Source of the DNA: Anaeromyxobacteraceae bacterium
Lineage (GTDB): Bacteria > Myxococcota > Myxococcia > Myxococcales > Anaeromyxobacteraceae
Direction of reading: 5' to 3'
Assembly: GCA_047602405.1 (NCBI GenBank)
Contig: JASGHJ010000002.1
Coordinates: 3,072,001 to 3,136,000, forward strand
DNA: 64,000 bases
Shown: in pieces, positions 47,535 through 57,668 of the stretch
Numbering within the stretch: the stretch's first letter is position 1
Layout of the letters: every line of letters starts with the position of its first letter
Position numbers and translations under genes: made by a program
Notes under the pieces: model-generated
Told to the model about the DNA's origin: nothing
The model's input: only the letters and a program-made list of their open reading frames with translations
The model's database searches: none

Positions 47535-48620
47535 TCAGAGGCACCGCAGGATCTCGAACAGCTCGTCGACGCGGTGCGCGCACGTGTGTCGCGCCCGCAC
47601 CGTCTCGAGGCCGGAGGCGGCGAGCGAGCGAGCGAGCGCAGGCTCGTCCAGGACCGCCCGAAGGTGTCGGGTCATCTCCGCCCCGTCCCGGGCGATGAGG
47701 AAATCGACACCGGGCCGGAACGAATCCTCCGCGTCCTGCCAGGGTGCCGAGAGCAGCGGGATGCCGCAGGCGAGCGCCTCGAAGACGCGGATCGTCGGGA
47801 TGCCGGGGAGCGCCTCCGCGTAGGGCCGGCGCGGCACGTGGATCGTGACGCGGTGGCGGGCGAGCACCTCGGGCGCGCGGAAGTTGGGCAGGTAGCCGCC
47901 GTGCGCGAGCCCCGCCGCCGCGACCGCCCGCCGCCCCTCGTCCGGGTAGCGCACGCCGTGGACGGTGCCGGACGCGCGCGCCGCGCGCGCGGGCTCGAGC
48001 AGGAACTCGCGCAGCTCGGCGCTGCGCTCGCCGTCGCCCCAGTTCCCGATGAAGGCGAGGTCGCCGCCCTTCCCGGAGGGCCGCGGCGCGAACCGGCGCA
48101 GGTCCGCCGCCTCGTGCCAGGTGAACGCGTTGCGGATCCAGCCCGCCGCGAGCCACCGGTCGCGCAGCACGCGGCCGAAGGCGAGCACCGCGTCGTAGCC
48201 GGTGAGCTCCAGCCCGGCGAGCTCGGCGGGCGCGGTGATCGCGCGGTGGTGGGTGTCGTGGAAGAGGAGCCGCAGCGAGGGCCGCCGCCGGCGCGCCTCG
48301 CCGAGCCGCGCCACGAGCGCGGGCGGGCTCCACTCGTGGACGAGCGCCACGTCCACCCCGCGGAGCGCGTGCTCGAGGTCGAGCGTGGCCGGGTCCTCGT
48401 GGACGTGGGCGGTGAGCTCCGGGTAGGCGGCGCGCCACGCCTCGAGCGCGCTCGCGCCCTCGTCGCGGGCGAGGTTCACCGCGCTCCAGGCGGCGGCGTG
48501 CTCGTGGGCGACCACCTCGTGGCCGCGCGCGACGAGCTCGGAGGCGACCCCGCGCAGGAAGTGGGCGTTCCCGTGGTTCCAGTCGGAGCGCAGCGAGTGG
48601 ACGAAGAGCGCGAACCTCAA
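47535..48620 (-). CDS. CgeB-like glycosyltransferase
   Basis: HSLRSDWNHGNAHFLRG, FHDTHHR, PGIPTIRVFEALACG, HTCAHRV; TTG overlaps the upstream stop. Confidence 0.85.
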   Translation of the reverse strand: MRFALFVHSLRSDWNHGNAHFLRGVASELVARGHEVVAHEHAAAWSAVNLARDEGASALEAWRAAYPELTAHVHEDPATLDLEHALRGVDVALVHEWSPPALVARLGEARRRRPSLRLLFHDTHHRAITAPAELAGLELTGYDAVLAFGRVLRDRWLAAGWIRNAFTWHEAADLRRFAPRPSGKGGDLAFIGNWGDGERSAELREFLLEPARAARASGTVHGVRYPDEGRRAVAAAGLAHGGYLPNFRAPEVLARHRVTIHVPRRPYAEALPGIPTIRVFEALACGIPLLSAPWQDAEDSFRPGVDFLIARDGAEMTRHLRAVLDEPALARSLAASGLETVRARHTCAHRVDELFEILRCL

Positions 48621-49726
48621 GGGCGCGCCTCCTCGCGCACGGCGGGGCGCGAGGTCACGGCGCGCCGGTAGAGCGCGAGGGTCCCCTCGAGCATCCGGCC
48701 AGGGTCGTAGGAGAGCGCGCGCGTGCGGGCGCGGAGCGCGAGCGCGGCACGGCGGCGCGGCTCCGTGATGAGCGCGCCGAGCGCGGACGCCAGCCCGGCC
48801 TCGTCGTCCGGCGTCACGTAGACCGCGGCGTCGCCCCAGACCTCCCTGAGGCTCGGGATGTCGCCGAGCACGAGCGCGTTGCCCGCGAGCGCCGCCTCGA
48901 GCACCGCGAGGCCGAACGGCTCGTAGCGCGCGGGGTGCACGAAGATCGAGGAGCGCCCGAGCCAGGCCGCGAGCTCCGGCTCGCGCAGCCGGCCCAGCAG
49001 GCGCGCGCCGGGGCCGTTGGGGCGGAGCGGCGGCGGGGGCGCCCCGGGCGCGACCTGCTCGCCCGCGACCGCGACGGGCCAGGCGAGGCGCGGGGCGAGC
49101 CGCACGAGGAGCGCCACGTTCTTCGCCTCGTCCCAGACGCGCCCCGCCGCGGCGATGAGCGGCTGCTTCGTGCCGGGCAGGAACCGGCGGGCGGTCCGGC
49201 CGTTCGGCACGATCACCGGCTCGGGGATGGGCCCGTGGTGGCGCTGCAGCGCCTGCGCCATCGCGCGGGTCGGCGCCGCGATCGCGTGGACCGAGAGCAG
49301 GCCCGCCCGGGCCTCGCGCCGGTAGCGGTCCCACTCCGGCCCGGGCGCCTCCCCGCGGACCGCCTCGAGCCACGAGGGCACGCAGGAGTGCGCGGTCAGC
49401 ACCTTGCGCGCGCGGAACGGGAGCGCGCCGTGCGCGTAGGACGAGAGGTGCACGACGTCGGGCCGGTGGCGGCGCTCGAGGTCGAGGAGCCAGCGGCCGG
49501 CGGCCGCCACGTGCGCCCACGGGTCGGGCATCCACTCCAGCCGGAAGTAGCCCTCCTCGTGGGCGAGCCCCTCCACCGCGAGCACCTGCAGCCGCTGATC
49601 GGGCGCGAGCCGCGCCCCCTCGGTCGCGAGCACCACCTCGACGCCGCGCGCGCGCAGCGCGCGGGCGAGCTCCATCGCCCACGTGAACACGCCGCCCACG
49701 GCGTCCGCCACCACGAGCACCTTCAT
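48617..49726 (-). CDS. GT4-family glycosyltransferase
   Basis: DAVGGVFTW, GRVWDEAKN, PARYEPFGLAVLEAA. Confidence 0.9.
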   Translation of the reverse strand: MKVLVVADAVGGVFTWAMELARALRARGVEVVLATEGARLAPDQRLQVLAVEGLAHEEGYFRLEWMPDPWAHVAAAGRWLLDLERRHRPDVVHLSSYAHGALPFRARKVLTAHSCVPSWLEAVRGEAPGPEWDRYRREARAGLLSVHAIAAPTRAMAQALQRHHGPIPEPVIVPNGRTARRFLPGTKQPLIAAAGRVWDEAKNVALLVRLAPRLAWPVAVAGEQVAPGAPPPPLRPNGPGARLLGRLREPELAAWLGRSSIFVHPARYEPFGLAVLEAALAGNALVLGDIPSLREVWGDAAVYVTPDDEAGLASALGALITEPRRRAALALRARTRALSYDPGRMLEGTLALYRRAVTSRPAVREEARP

Positions 49727-49757
49727 CGCCGACTCCTCTCCGGATGCGCCCGCTGCG

Positions 49758-50777
49758 TCACCGCCCGTAGAGGCGGTCGAGCGTGGCCTGCACCTTCACC
49801 ACCGACGCGACCTCGGGATCGAACCGTCCGCCCGCCGCGAGCGCCCGCGCCCAGGCGACCGCGGCCCGCCCGCCCCACGCGTCGGGGGGCGAGGCGACCC
49901 GCTCGCGCGCGGTCCCCCGCGTGCGGTCGAGCGCGAAGTCGAGGAACGAGCCCTCCACGTTGCGGAGCACCGCCCCGCCCCGCGTGCCGTAGAACGCGAC
50001 CTCGAGCTCGCAGTCCCGCCCGGCGGGGAGCCACCAGGAGCAGGCGAGCTCGACCGTGGCGCCGTTCCCGAGCTCGAGCAGCGCCACGGCGTGATCCTCC
50101 ACGACGCCTGGCGCCCCCGCCTTCACCGGCCGCCCGCCCGCGTGCAGGGACGCCGTCGCGGTGCGGACCTCCGGATCGCCGAGCACCCAGAGCGCGAGGT
50201 CGACGAGGTGGATGCCGAGGTCGACGAGGCAGCCGCCACCGGAGAGGGCCGGGTCGCGGAACCACGCCTTGTCCGGGCCGTAGGCGTTGTGGAACGCGAG
50301 CCGCGCCGCGTAGACCTCGCCGAGCGCCCCGGCCCGCACGTCGTCCCGGAGGCGGGCGAGCCCGGCGACGTGCCGGTAGGAGAGGTCGACGCCGAGGAGC
50401 CGGTCGGCCGCGCGCGCCGCGTCCACCACCCGCCGCGCCTCCGCCGCGCTCCGCCCGAGCGGCTTCTGGCAGAAGACGGGGACGCCCGCCTCGAGCGCGC
50501 GCACCGCCTGGTCCGCGTGCAGGGCCGAGGGCGTCGCGACGACGACCCCGTCGACGCCCCGGGCGAGGAGGTCGTCGAGCGAGCCCGCGCGCTCGCAGCC
50601 CGGCGCCTCGGCGAGCGCGGCCCGCGCGGCGTCCTCGGAGGTGTCGACGAGGGCCACGGCGCGCGCCACGCCCGCCTCGAGGAGCGCGCGCATCCGGTGG
50701 CGGCCGATCCACCCCACCCCGAGGAAGCCGAGGCGCGGGGCGGCGGCGACGGCCGCGGCGGGGGCGGCGGGCGTCAC
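49758..50777 (-). CDS. Gfo/Idh/MocA family oxidoreductase
   Basis: GFLGVGWIG, VATPSALH, VFCQKP, GGGCLVDLGIH. Confidence 0.9.
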   Translation of the reverse strand: MTPAAPAAAVAAAPRLGFLGVGWIGRHRMRALLEAGVARAVALVDTSEDAARAALAEAPGCERAGSLDDLLARGVDGVVVATPSALHADQAVRALEAGVPVFCQKPLGRSAAEARRVVDAARAADRLLGVDLSYRHVAGLARLRDDVRAGALGEVYAARLAFHNAYGPDKAWFRDPALSGGGCLVDLGIHLVDLALWVLGDPEVRTATASLHAGGRPVKAGAPGVVEDHAVALLELGNGATVELACSWWLPAGRDCELEVAFYGTRGGAVLRNVEGSFLDFALDRTRGTARERVASPPDAWGGRAAVAWARALAAGGRFDPEVASVVKVQATLDRLYGR

Positions 50778-51730
50778 GGCGTCACCACCGCCTTCACGAA
50801 CGTGCCCGGCCGCTCCTCCATCGCGAGGAACGCCTCGTCGAGCCGGTCGAGCGTGAACGCGGTGTAGAGGCGGGACGGATCGAGCCGGCCCGCGGCCACC
50901 GCCTCGACGGCCGCCGCGAGCCCGGCCCGCTGCACGGCCGGGTCGCGCTCGTGCGCATTCACGATCTCGAGGCCCCGCCAGTTCCAGGCGCCGAGGTCCA
51001 CCGTCCGCGTGCCGTCCTGGTGGAAGCCCGCGATGACCAGCCGGCCGCCCTCCCGCACGAGCGCGGTCGCGAGGTCGAGCGAGCGCTGGTCCCCGACGGC
51101 TTCGACCACGACGTCGCACCCGCGCGGCCCTGCGATGGCCTCCACCGACGCGATCGCCTCGGCGGGATCGACGCTCGGCACCGCGGCGGACGCGCCCTGC
51201 CCGCGCGCGTGGGCGAGCGCCGCGCCCCGCCGCGAGACCGCGATCACGATCGCCCCGGCCGCCGCGGCGAGGCGGCAGACCGTGAGCCCGATGAACCCCG
51301 CCCCGACGACCGCCACGACCTCGCCCGGCCGCACCCGGCAGCGCTGGAAGACGTTCACGCCGCAGCCGAGCGCCTCGCCCGGGAACGGCCCGCGCACGGC
51401 CTCGGGCAGCGGGATGAGCCGATCGGCCGGCGCGACGTCCGCCTCGGCGAACGCGTGGCCGGAGAGGAGCGCGACGCGGTCGCCCTCCCGCAGGCCCGCG
51501 ACGCCGGCCCCGAGCGCCTCGACGCGGCCCCAGCCCTCGTGGCCCGGCGCCCCGGCGCGGAACGGGTACCGGAACCACGGCCGGCCCTGCCAGGGCACGA
51601 GGTTCGAGCCGCAGACGCCGGAGCCCTCGAGGCGCACGCGGACCTCGCCCGGCCCCGGCTCCGGGAGCGGCACCTCGTGGAGCTCGAACCGACGGGGGCC
51701 GGCGAGCACGGCGGCGCGCATGGAAGTCAC
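50774..51730 (-). CDS. Zinc-binding (MDR) dehydrogenase
   Basis: GVCGS, GHEGWG, VVGAGFIG, DVVVEAVG; the structural-Zn loop appears absent. Confidence 0.88.
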   Translation of the reverse strand: MTSMRAAVLAGPRRFELHEVPLPEPGPGEVRVRLEGSGVCGSNLVPWQGRPWFRYPFRAGAPGHEGWGRVEALGAGVAGLREGDRVALLSGHAFAEADVAPADRLIPLPEAVRGPFPGEALGCGVNVFQRCRVRPGEVVAVVGAGFIGLTVCRLAAAAGAIVIAVSRRGAALAHARGQGASAAVPSVDPAEAIASVEAIAGPRGCDVVVEAVGDQRSLDLATALVREGGRLVIAGFHQDGTRTVDLGAWNWRGLEIVNAHERDPAVQRAGLAAAVEAVAAGRLDPSRLYTAFTLDRLDEAFLAMEERPGTFVKAVVTP

Positions 51731-52845
51731 GGGGCCGCCGCCCCCGGCTGCGGGTCGCTCCCGGAGGCCGTGCCACCCTGCCCCGCCGGACCGTCCATCC
51801 CGAGCGAACGCACGTCCTCGGCGGGAGGGAGCCACCCATCGAGCCACCCGTCGAGGCGCGCGAGCCCGGCCCGCACCGGCGTGCGCGGCGCCCAGCCCGT
51901 CGCGGCACCGAGCGCCGCGGGATCCGACACGTACCAGCGCTGGTCCGCCACCCGCCAGTCGTCGAAGTCCACCCCCACGTCCTCGCCGCGGAGGAGCCCG
52001 ATGAGCTCGACGAGCTCCACGAGGCTCACGGCGTTGGCGGGGCCGCCGCCGACGTTGAACGCCCGCCCGGCGACCTCGCGCGGCCGGGCCCGCGCCGCGA
52101 GCATCGCGTCCACGAGGTCGTCGACGAAGAGGAGGTCCCGCACCTGCTTGCCGTCGCCGTAGAACGTGAGCCGCCGGCCCCGCCGCGCCTCCATGAGGAA
52201 GTGCGCCACCCAGCCCTGGTCCTCGGTGCCCCACTGCCGGGGGCCGTAGATGCAGCTCATCCGGAAGACGGTCGCGGGCACGCCGAACGTGTGCGCCCAG
52301 TCGAGCACGTACTGCTCGGCCGCGCCTTTCGAGCAGCCGTAGGGCGAGTGGAACGCGATCGGCCGCGCCTCCGAGATCCCGCGGCGGAGCGTCGGCTCGG
52401 CGGGCGCGTAGCGGCGGCCGAGGTCCACGAGCGCGACGTCGCCGAGCGCGCCGTAGACCTTGTTCGTGGAGGTGTAGAGGAAGAAGGGCGCCGGCCGCCG
52501 GCGGCGCGCCGCCTCGAGCAGGTTGAGCGTGCCGCGCGCGTTCACCTCGAAGTCGTGGATCGGATCCTCGAGCGAGGTGGTCACCGCGACCTGGGCGGCG
52601 AGCTGGAAGACCGCGGTCGCGCCGTCGACCGCCTCGTCGACCGCCACCGGGTCGCGGACGTCGGCGACGAGCGGCTCCACGAGGTCGCCGTGCTCGGCCC
52701 GGAGCCACGCGAGGTTGCGCTCCACGCCCGGGCGGGAGAGGTCGTCGAGCACCCGCACGCGGGCGCCGCCCGCGGCGAGCCGGTGCGCGAGGTTGGAGCC
52801 GACGAAGCCGGCGCCGCCGGCCACGAGGACGAGATCGTCGTTCAC
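51727..52845 (-). CDS. NAD-dependent epimerase/dehydratase (CDP-paratose 2-epimerase-like)
   Basis: GGAGFVG, AAQVAVTTS, TSTNKVYG, PYGCSKG, RMSCIYG, EDQGWVAHF. Confidence 0.9.
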   Translation of the reverse strand: MNDDLVLVAGGAGFVGSNLAHRLAAGGARVRVLDDLSRPGVERNLAWLRAEHGDLVEPLVADVRDPVAVDEAVDGATAVFQLAAQVAVTTSLEDPIHDFEVNARGTLNLLEAARRRRPAPFFLYTSTNKVYGALGDVALVDLGRRYAPAEPTLRRGISEARPIAFHSPYGCSKGAAEQYVLDWAHTFGVPATVFRMSCIYGPRQWGTEDQGWVAHFLMEARRGRRLTFYGDGKQVRDLLFVDDLVDAMLAARARPREVAGRAFNVGGGPANAVSLVELVELIGLLRGEDVGVDFDDWRVADQRWYVSDPAALGAATGWAPRTPVRAGLARLDGWLDGWLPPAEDVRSLGMDGPAGQGGTASGSDPQPGAAAP

Positions 52846-53960
52846 AGCGTGAGCCCCCGCGCCGCGAGCTCCGCGGACGCCTCGCCCACCCGGTCGTGCG
52901 CGATCTGCCCCTCCAGCCAGCCCGCGAGCTCGACGAGCCCGTCCTCGAACTCGACCCGCGGCTCGAAGCCGAGCAGCTCCCGGGCCCGGGTGACGTCGGC
53001 GAAGCAGTGCCGGATGTCCCCCACCCGGAAGCGCTGCGTGATCTCGGGGAGGAGGTCCTCCCGCCCGACCGCCGCGGCGAGCATGCGCGCCACCTCGAGC
53101 ACGGTGCGGCTGCGCCCGCTGCCGACGTTGATCACCTGGCCCGCGGCGCGCTCCGCGACGAGCGCGAGCCGGCAGGCCGCGGCGACGTCGCCCACCGCCA
53201 CGAAGTCGCGGCGCTGCAGGCCGTCCTCATGCACGAGGGGGCTGCGCCCGTTGAGGAGGCGGGCGGCGAAGATGGCGAGCACGCCGGTGTACGGGTTCGA
53301 GAGCGCCTGGCGGGTGCCGAACACGTTGAAGAAGCGGAGCGCGACGGTGGGGATGCCGTAGGCCTCGCCGACGAGGAGCGACATCCGCTCCTGGTCGAAC
53401 TTCGAGAGCGCGTAGATCGACGCGAGCGCCGGGGCCTTCGTCTCGGGCGTCGCCACCGGCGCGAGCGGCTGGCCGTCCTCGCCGAGCGGCTCCCAGCGTC
53501 GCGCGAGCAGCTGGCGGCGCGTGCGCCCGCCGTGGACGGGCCGGCCGGCGCCGTCCCGGTAGAGCCCCTCCCCGTAGAGGCTCATGGAGGAGGCCACCAC
53601 CAGGCGCTCGACCGGCCGCTCGACGAGCGCCTGCAGGAGGACCGCGGTGCCGTGCGCGTTCACCGACACGTAGCGATCGACCTCGTACATCGACTGGCCG
53701 ACGCCCACCGCGGCGGCCAGGTGGACGACGGCGTCGATGCCGCGCAGCGCGCGGCGCACCGCCTCGGGGTCGCGCACGTCGCCCACGACGAGCTCCACCG
53801 CGGGGTCGAGGTAGGCCGGGCGCGCGCGCGCCTCGCCGTGCACCTGAGGTGAGAGGTCGTCGAGCGCGCGGACGGCGTGGCCGCTCGCGAGCAGGTGGTC
53901 GGCGAGGTGGGAGCCGATGAAGCCCGCGCCACCCGTGATCAGGACGCTGCGTGCGGTCAT
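52842..53960 (-). CDS. NAD-dependent epimerase/dehydratase
   Basis: ITGGAGFIG, VGVGQSMY, ASSMS, YALSK, LSNPYTGV. Confidence 0.9.
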   Translation of the reverse strand: MTARSVLITGGAGFIGSHLADHLLASGHAVRALDDLSPQVHGEARARPAYLDPAVELVVGDVRDPEAVRRALRGIDAVVHLAAAVGVGQSMYEVDRYVSVNAHGTAVLLQALVERPVERLVVASSMSLYGEGLYRDGAGRPVHGGRTRRQLLARRWEPLGEDGQPLAPVATPETKAPALASIYALSKFDQERMSLLVGEAYGIPTVALRFFNVFGTRQALSNPYTGVLAIFAARLLNGRSPLVHEDGLQRRDFVAVGDVAAACRLALVAERAAGQVINVGSGRSRTVLEVARMLAAAVGREDLLPEITQRFRVGDIRHCFADVTRARELLGFEPRVEFEDGLVELAGWLEGQIAHDRVGEASAELAARGLTL

Positions 53961-54107
53961 GCACCGGGAAACTTGGGCGTCCGAGCGAGCGGGGCAACGC
54001 CACCCCGCATGGGAGCAACCGGGCCACCTGGGGGGGAGTGCTCCGAGCGAGGAGACGAGCACACATTCGGTGAACGGGGTGCGCCCGGCCGGGCCACCCC
54101 TTTCGCC

Positions 54108-55205
54108 ATGCCCGATCGCCTGCGCATCTCCTTCTTCGTCTCGTCCCTGGTCTCCGCCTACTGGAACGGGGCGGCGACCTACTACCGGGGCCTCGGCCGG
54201 GCGCTGGCCGCCCGCGGCCACGCGCTCACGTTCTACGAGCCCGACGCCTGGGACCGGCAGCGGCACCGCGACATCCCCGCGCCGGACTGGGCGCGCTCGG
54301 TCGTGTGGGATCCGGGCGCTCCCGGGGCCCTCGAGCGGTGCCTCGAGGAGGCCGCCCACGACAATCTCGTCGTGAAGGCGAGCGGCCTCGGCGTGGACGA
54401 CGCGCGGCTCGAGGCGCTCCTCCCCGAGGCGCGCCGCCCGGGCGGGCGGATCGCGTTCTGGGACGTCGACGCGCCCGCGACGCTCGACCGGGCCGAGCGC
54501 GACCCCACCAATCCCTGGCGGGCGCTCCTGCCCCGCTACGACCTCGTGTTCACCTACGGCGGCGGCCCGCCGGTGGTGCACCGCTACCTGGCCCTCGGCG
54601 CCCGGGGCTGCGTGCCGGTCTACAACGCGCTCGACCCCGAGACGCACCACCCGGTGCCGCCCGACCCGCGCTTCGCCTGCGACCTCGCGTTCCTCGGGAA
54701 CCGGCTGCCCGATCGGGAGGCGCGCGTCGACGACTTCCTCCTCGGCGCGGCCTCGCGGCTGCCCGGCCGCGCCTTCCTGCTCGCCGGCTCGGGCTGGGGC
54801 GACAAGCCGCGGCCCGCCAACGTGCGCGTCCTCGGCCACGTCGGCACCGCCGATCACAACGCGTTCAACCGGACGCCGCTCGCGGTCCTCAACGTGTCGC
54901 GCGACGGGATGGCCTCGAACGGCCACTCCCCGGCGACGCGCGTCTTCGAGGCGGCCGGGGCCGGGGCCTGCCTCGTCACCGACGCCTGGGTGGGGCTCGA
55001 GGCGTTCCTCGCGCCGGGCGAGGAGGTCCTCGTCGCCCGCGACGGGGCCGAGGTGGCCGAGCTCGTCGCGGGGCTCGAGCCCGCGCGTGCGCGGCGCATC
55101 GGCGAGGCCGCCCGGCGGCGGGTGCTCGCCGGGCACACCTACGCGCTCCGGGCGGAGGTGGTCGAACGCGCGCTCGGGGTGAAGGGCGGTCGGTCCGCCG
55201 CATGA
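54108..55205 (+). CDS. CgeB-like glycosyltransferase
   Basis: SSLVSAYWNGAATYYRG, WDVDAP, SPATRVFEAAGAG, HTY..RA. Confidence 0.87.
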   Translation: MPDRLRISFFVSSLVSAYWNGAATYYRGLGRALAARGHALTFYEPDAWDRQRHRDIPAPDWARSVVWDPGAPGALERCLEEAAHDNLVVKASGLGVDDARLEALLPEARRPGGRIAFWDVDAPATLDRAERDPTNPWRALLPRYDLVFTYGGGPPVVHRYLALGARGCVPVYNALDPETHHPVPPDPRFACDLAFLGNRLPDREARVDDFLLGAASRLPGRAFLLAGSGWGDKPRPANVRVLGHVGTADHNAFNRTPLAVLNVSRDGMASNGHSPATRVFEAAGAGACLVTDAWVGLEAFLAPGEEVLVARDGAEVAELVAGLEPARARRIGEAARRRVLAGHTYALRAEVVERALGVKGGRSAA

Positions 55206-56326
55206 GCGCCGCCCTCGACGCCCTCTTCATCGGCCTCTCGATCACCTCCTCGTGGGGCAACGGCCACGCCACCACCTACCGCGCGCTCCTCAGGGCGCTC
55301 GCCGCGCGCGGCCACCGGGTGCGCTTCCTCGAGCGCGACGTGCCCTGGTACGCGGCGAACCGGGATCTGCCCGCGCCGCCGTACGCCTCGACCGCGCTCT
55401 ACCGGTCGGTGGACGAGCTCCGCGACCGGTTCGGCCCGGCGATCCGCCAGGCGGACCTCGTCGTCGTGGGCTCCTACGTGCAGGAGGGCGTCGCCGTGGG
55501 CCGGCTCGTGCAGGAGCTCGCCCGCGGCGTGACCGCATTCTACGACATCGACACGCCGGTGACGCTCGCGGCGCTCGAGCGCGGCGACTGCGCCTACCTC
55601 TCGGCCGCGCTCGTCCCCGGCTACGACCTGTACCTCTCCTTCACCGGCGGCCCCGCCCTCGCCCGGCTCGAGGGCCGGCTCGGCGCGCCGCGCGCGCGGG
55701 CGCTCTACTGCTCCGCCGACCCCGAGCTGCACCGGCCGTCCGCCGCGCCGCCGCGCTACGACCTCGGCTACCTCGGCACCTACGGCGCCGACCGCCAGCC
55801 CGCGCTCGACGCGCTCCTCTGCGAGCCGGCGCGCCGCCGGCCGGGGCTCGCCTGCGTCGTCGCGGGCGCCCAGTACCCGCCCTCGATCGCCTGGCCCGCG
55901 AACGTCGCGCGGGTGGAGCACCTCCCGCCCGCCGAGCACGCCGCGTTCTACGCGTCGCAGCGGTTCACGCTGAACGTCACGCGCGCCGACATGGTCCGCG
56001 CCGGGTGGTCGCCGAGCGTGCGGCTCTTCGAGGCCGCGGCCTGCGGCGTCCCGGTCATCTCGGATCCCTGGCCCGGGCTCTCCTCGGTGTTCGCGCCCGG
56101 GCGCGAGCTCCTGGTGGCGCACGGGGCGGCGGACGTCATCGAGGTGCTCGACACGATGCCGGAGGAGGCGCGGCGGGCCCTCGGGGAGCGCGCCCGGCGG
56201 CGCGTGCTCGCCGAGCACACCGCCGCGCACCGCGCCGAGGCGCTCGAGGGCTACGTGGCGGAGGCGCGCGCGCCGGGCCGGCGGGGCCGCCGCGCGGCGC
56301 GGGGCGCGACGAGGACGGCCACATGA
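55202..56326 (+). CDS. CgeB-like glycosyltransferase
   Basis: SITSSWGNGHATTYR, YDIDTP, SPSVRLFEAAACG, HTAAHRA. Confidence 0.87.
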   Translation: MSAALDALFIGLSITSSWGNGHATTYRALLRALAARGHRVRFLERDVPWYAANRDLPAPPYASTALYRSVDELRDRFGPAIRQADLVVVGSYVQEGVAVGRLVQELARGVTAFYDIDTPVTLAALERGDCAYLSAALVPGYDLYLSFTGGPALARLEGRLGAPRARALYCSADPELHRPSAAPPRYDLGYLGTYGADRQPALDALLCEPARRRPGLACVVAGAQYPPSIAWPANVARVEHLPPAEHAAFYASQRFTLNVTRADMVRAGWSPSVRLFEAAACGVPVISDPWPGLSSVFAPGRELLVAHGAADVIEVLDTMPEEARRALGERARRRVLAEHTAAHRAEALEGYVAEARAPGRRGRRAARGATRTAT

Positions 56327-57625
56327 AGGTGGCGGTGATCGGGGCCGGCTACGTGGGGCTCGTCACGGGGACGTGCCTCGCGGAGTCCGGGAACGACGTC
56401 TGGATCGTGGACGTGGACGAGGCGCGGATCGCCGGGCTGCAGGCTGCGCGGGTCCCCATCCACGAGCCCGGCCTCGAGGAGCTCGTCGCGCGCAACCTGA
56501 AGGAGGGCCGGCTCCGCTTCACGGCCGACGCCGCCCAGGCCGTGGCCCGGTCGAAGGTCGTGTTCCTCGCGGTCGGCACGCCGGAGGGGGACCAGGGCGA
56601 GGCCGACCTCGACCAGGTCGTCGCCGCGGCGGAGGACGTCGCCCGGCACGCGAGGCACGCGACGGTGCTCGCCGTGAAGAGCACCGTACCGGTCGGCACC
56701 TGCGACCGCCTGCAGGCGCTCGTCGAGCGGCGGGCCCGGGCCGAGGTCGAGGTGGCCTCGAACCCGGAGTTCCTGAAGGAGGGCGCGGCGCTCGAGGACT
56801 TCCAGAAGCCGGACCGGGTCGTGGTGGGGGCGCGCTCCAATCGCGCCCGCCGGCTGCTCCGGGAGCTCTACGCGCCGTTCGTGCGCACCGAGCGGCCAAT
56901 CCTCTTCATCGATCCGCGCTCCTCCGAGATGGTGAAGTACGCCTCGAACGCGATGCTGGCGACGCGGATCTCGTTCATGAACGACATCGCGCTCCTCTGC
57001 GAGCGGCTCTCGGCCGACGTCGAGCAGGTCCGGCGCGGGATGGGCGCGGACCGCCGCATCGGCTACCCGTTCCTCTTCCCCGGCATCGGCTACGGCGGCT
57101 CCTGCTTCCCGAAGGACGTGAAGGCGCTCGTCGCGACCGCCCGCCGCGCCGGCCTGGACCTCGACCTCCTGCGCGCGGTGGAGAAGACGAACGAGCGGCA
57201 GAAGCGGCTCCTCGTCACGCGCGCGGTGCGCCACTTCGGCGACCTGGCCGGGCGGACCTTCGCGGTGTGGGGGCTCGCCTTCAAGCCGCGCACCGACGAC
57301 CTCCGGGAGGCGCCCGCGCTCGAGGTGGTGGAGGGCCTGCTCGCGAAGGGCGGGCGGGTCCAGGCGTTCGACCCGGTGGCGGGCCTGCGCGCGCGGGCGC
57401 GGTTCGGCGACCGGATCCGGCTCGCGCCGGGGCCCTACGAGGCGCTCGAGGGCGCCGACGCGCTCTTCGTGGTCACCGAGTGGAGCGAGTTCCGCACGCC
57501 CGATCTCGAGCGCATGCGCGCGCTCATGAAGGAGCCGGTGATCTTCGACGGGCGGAACGTGTTCGAATCCGGCCGAGGTGCGCGAGGCCGGCTTCCGGTG
57601 GTTCGGCGTCGGGCGGCCCTCCTGA
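56323..57625 (+). CDS. ugd: UDP-glucose 6-dehydrogenase (frameshift at 57565-57569 near the C-terminus)
   Basis: IGAGYVG, KSTVPVGT, SNPEFLKEG, GYGGSCFPKD, GLAFKP.TDDLRE, DGRN; corrected end FDPAEVREAGFRWFGVGRPS. Confidence 0.93.
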
Positions 57626-57668
57626 GCCGCCCTGCCGCCCCGCCGCCGCGTGGCCAACCTGGGAGCGT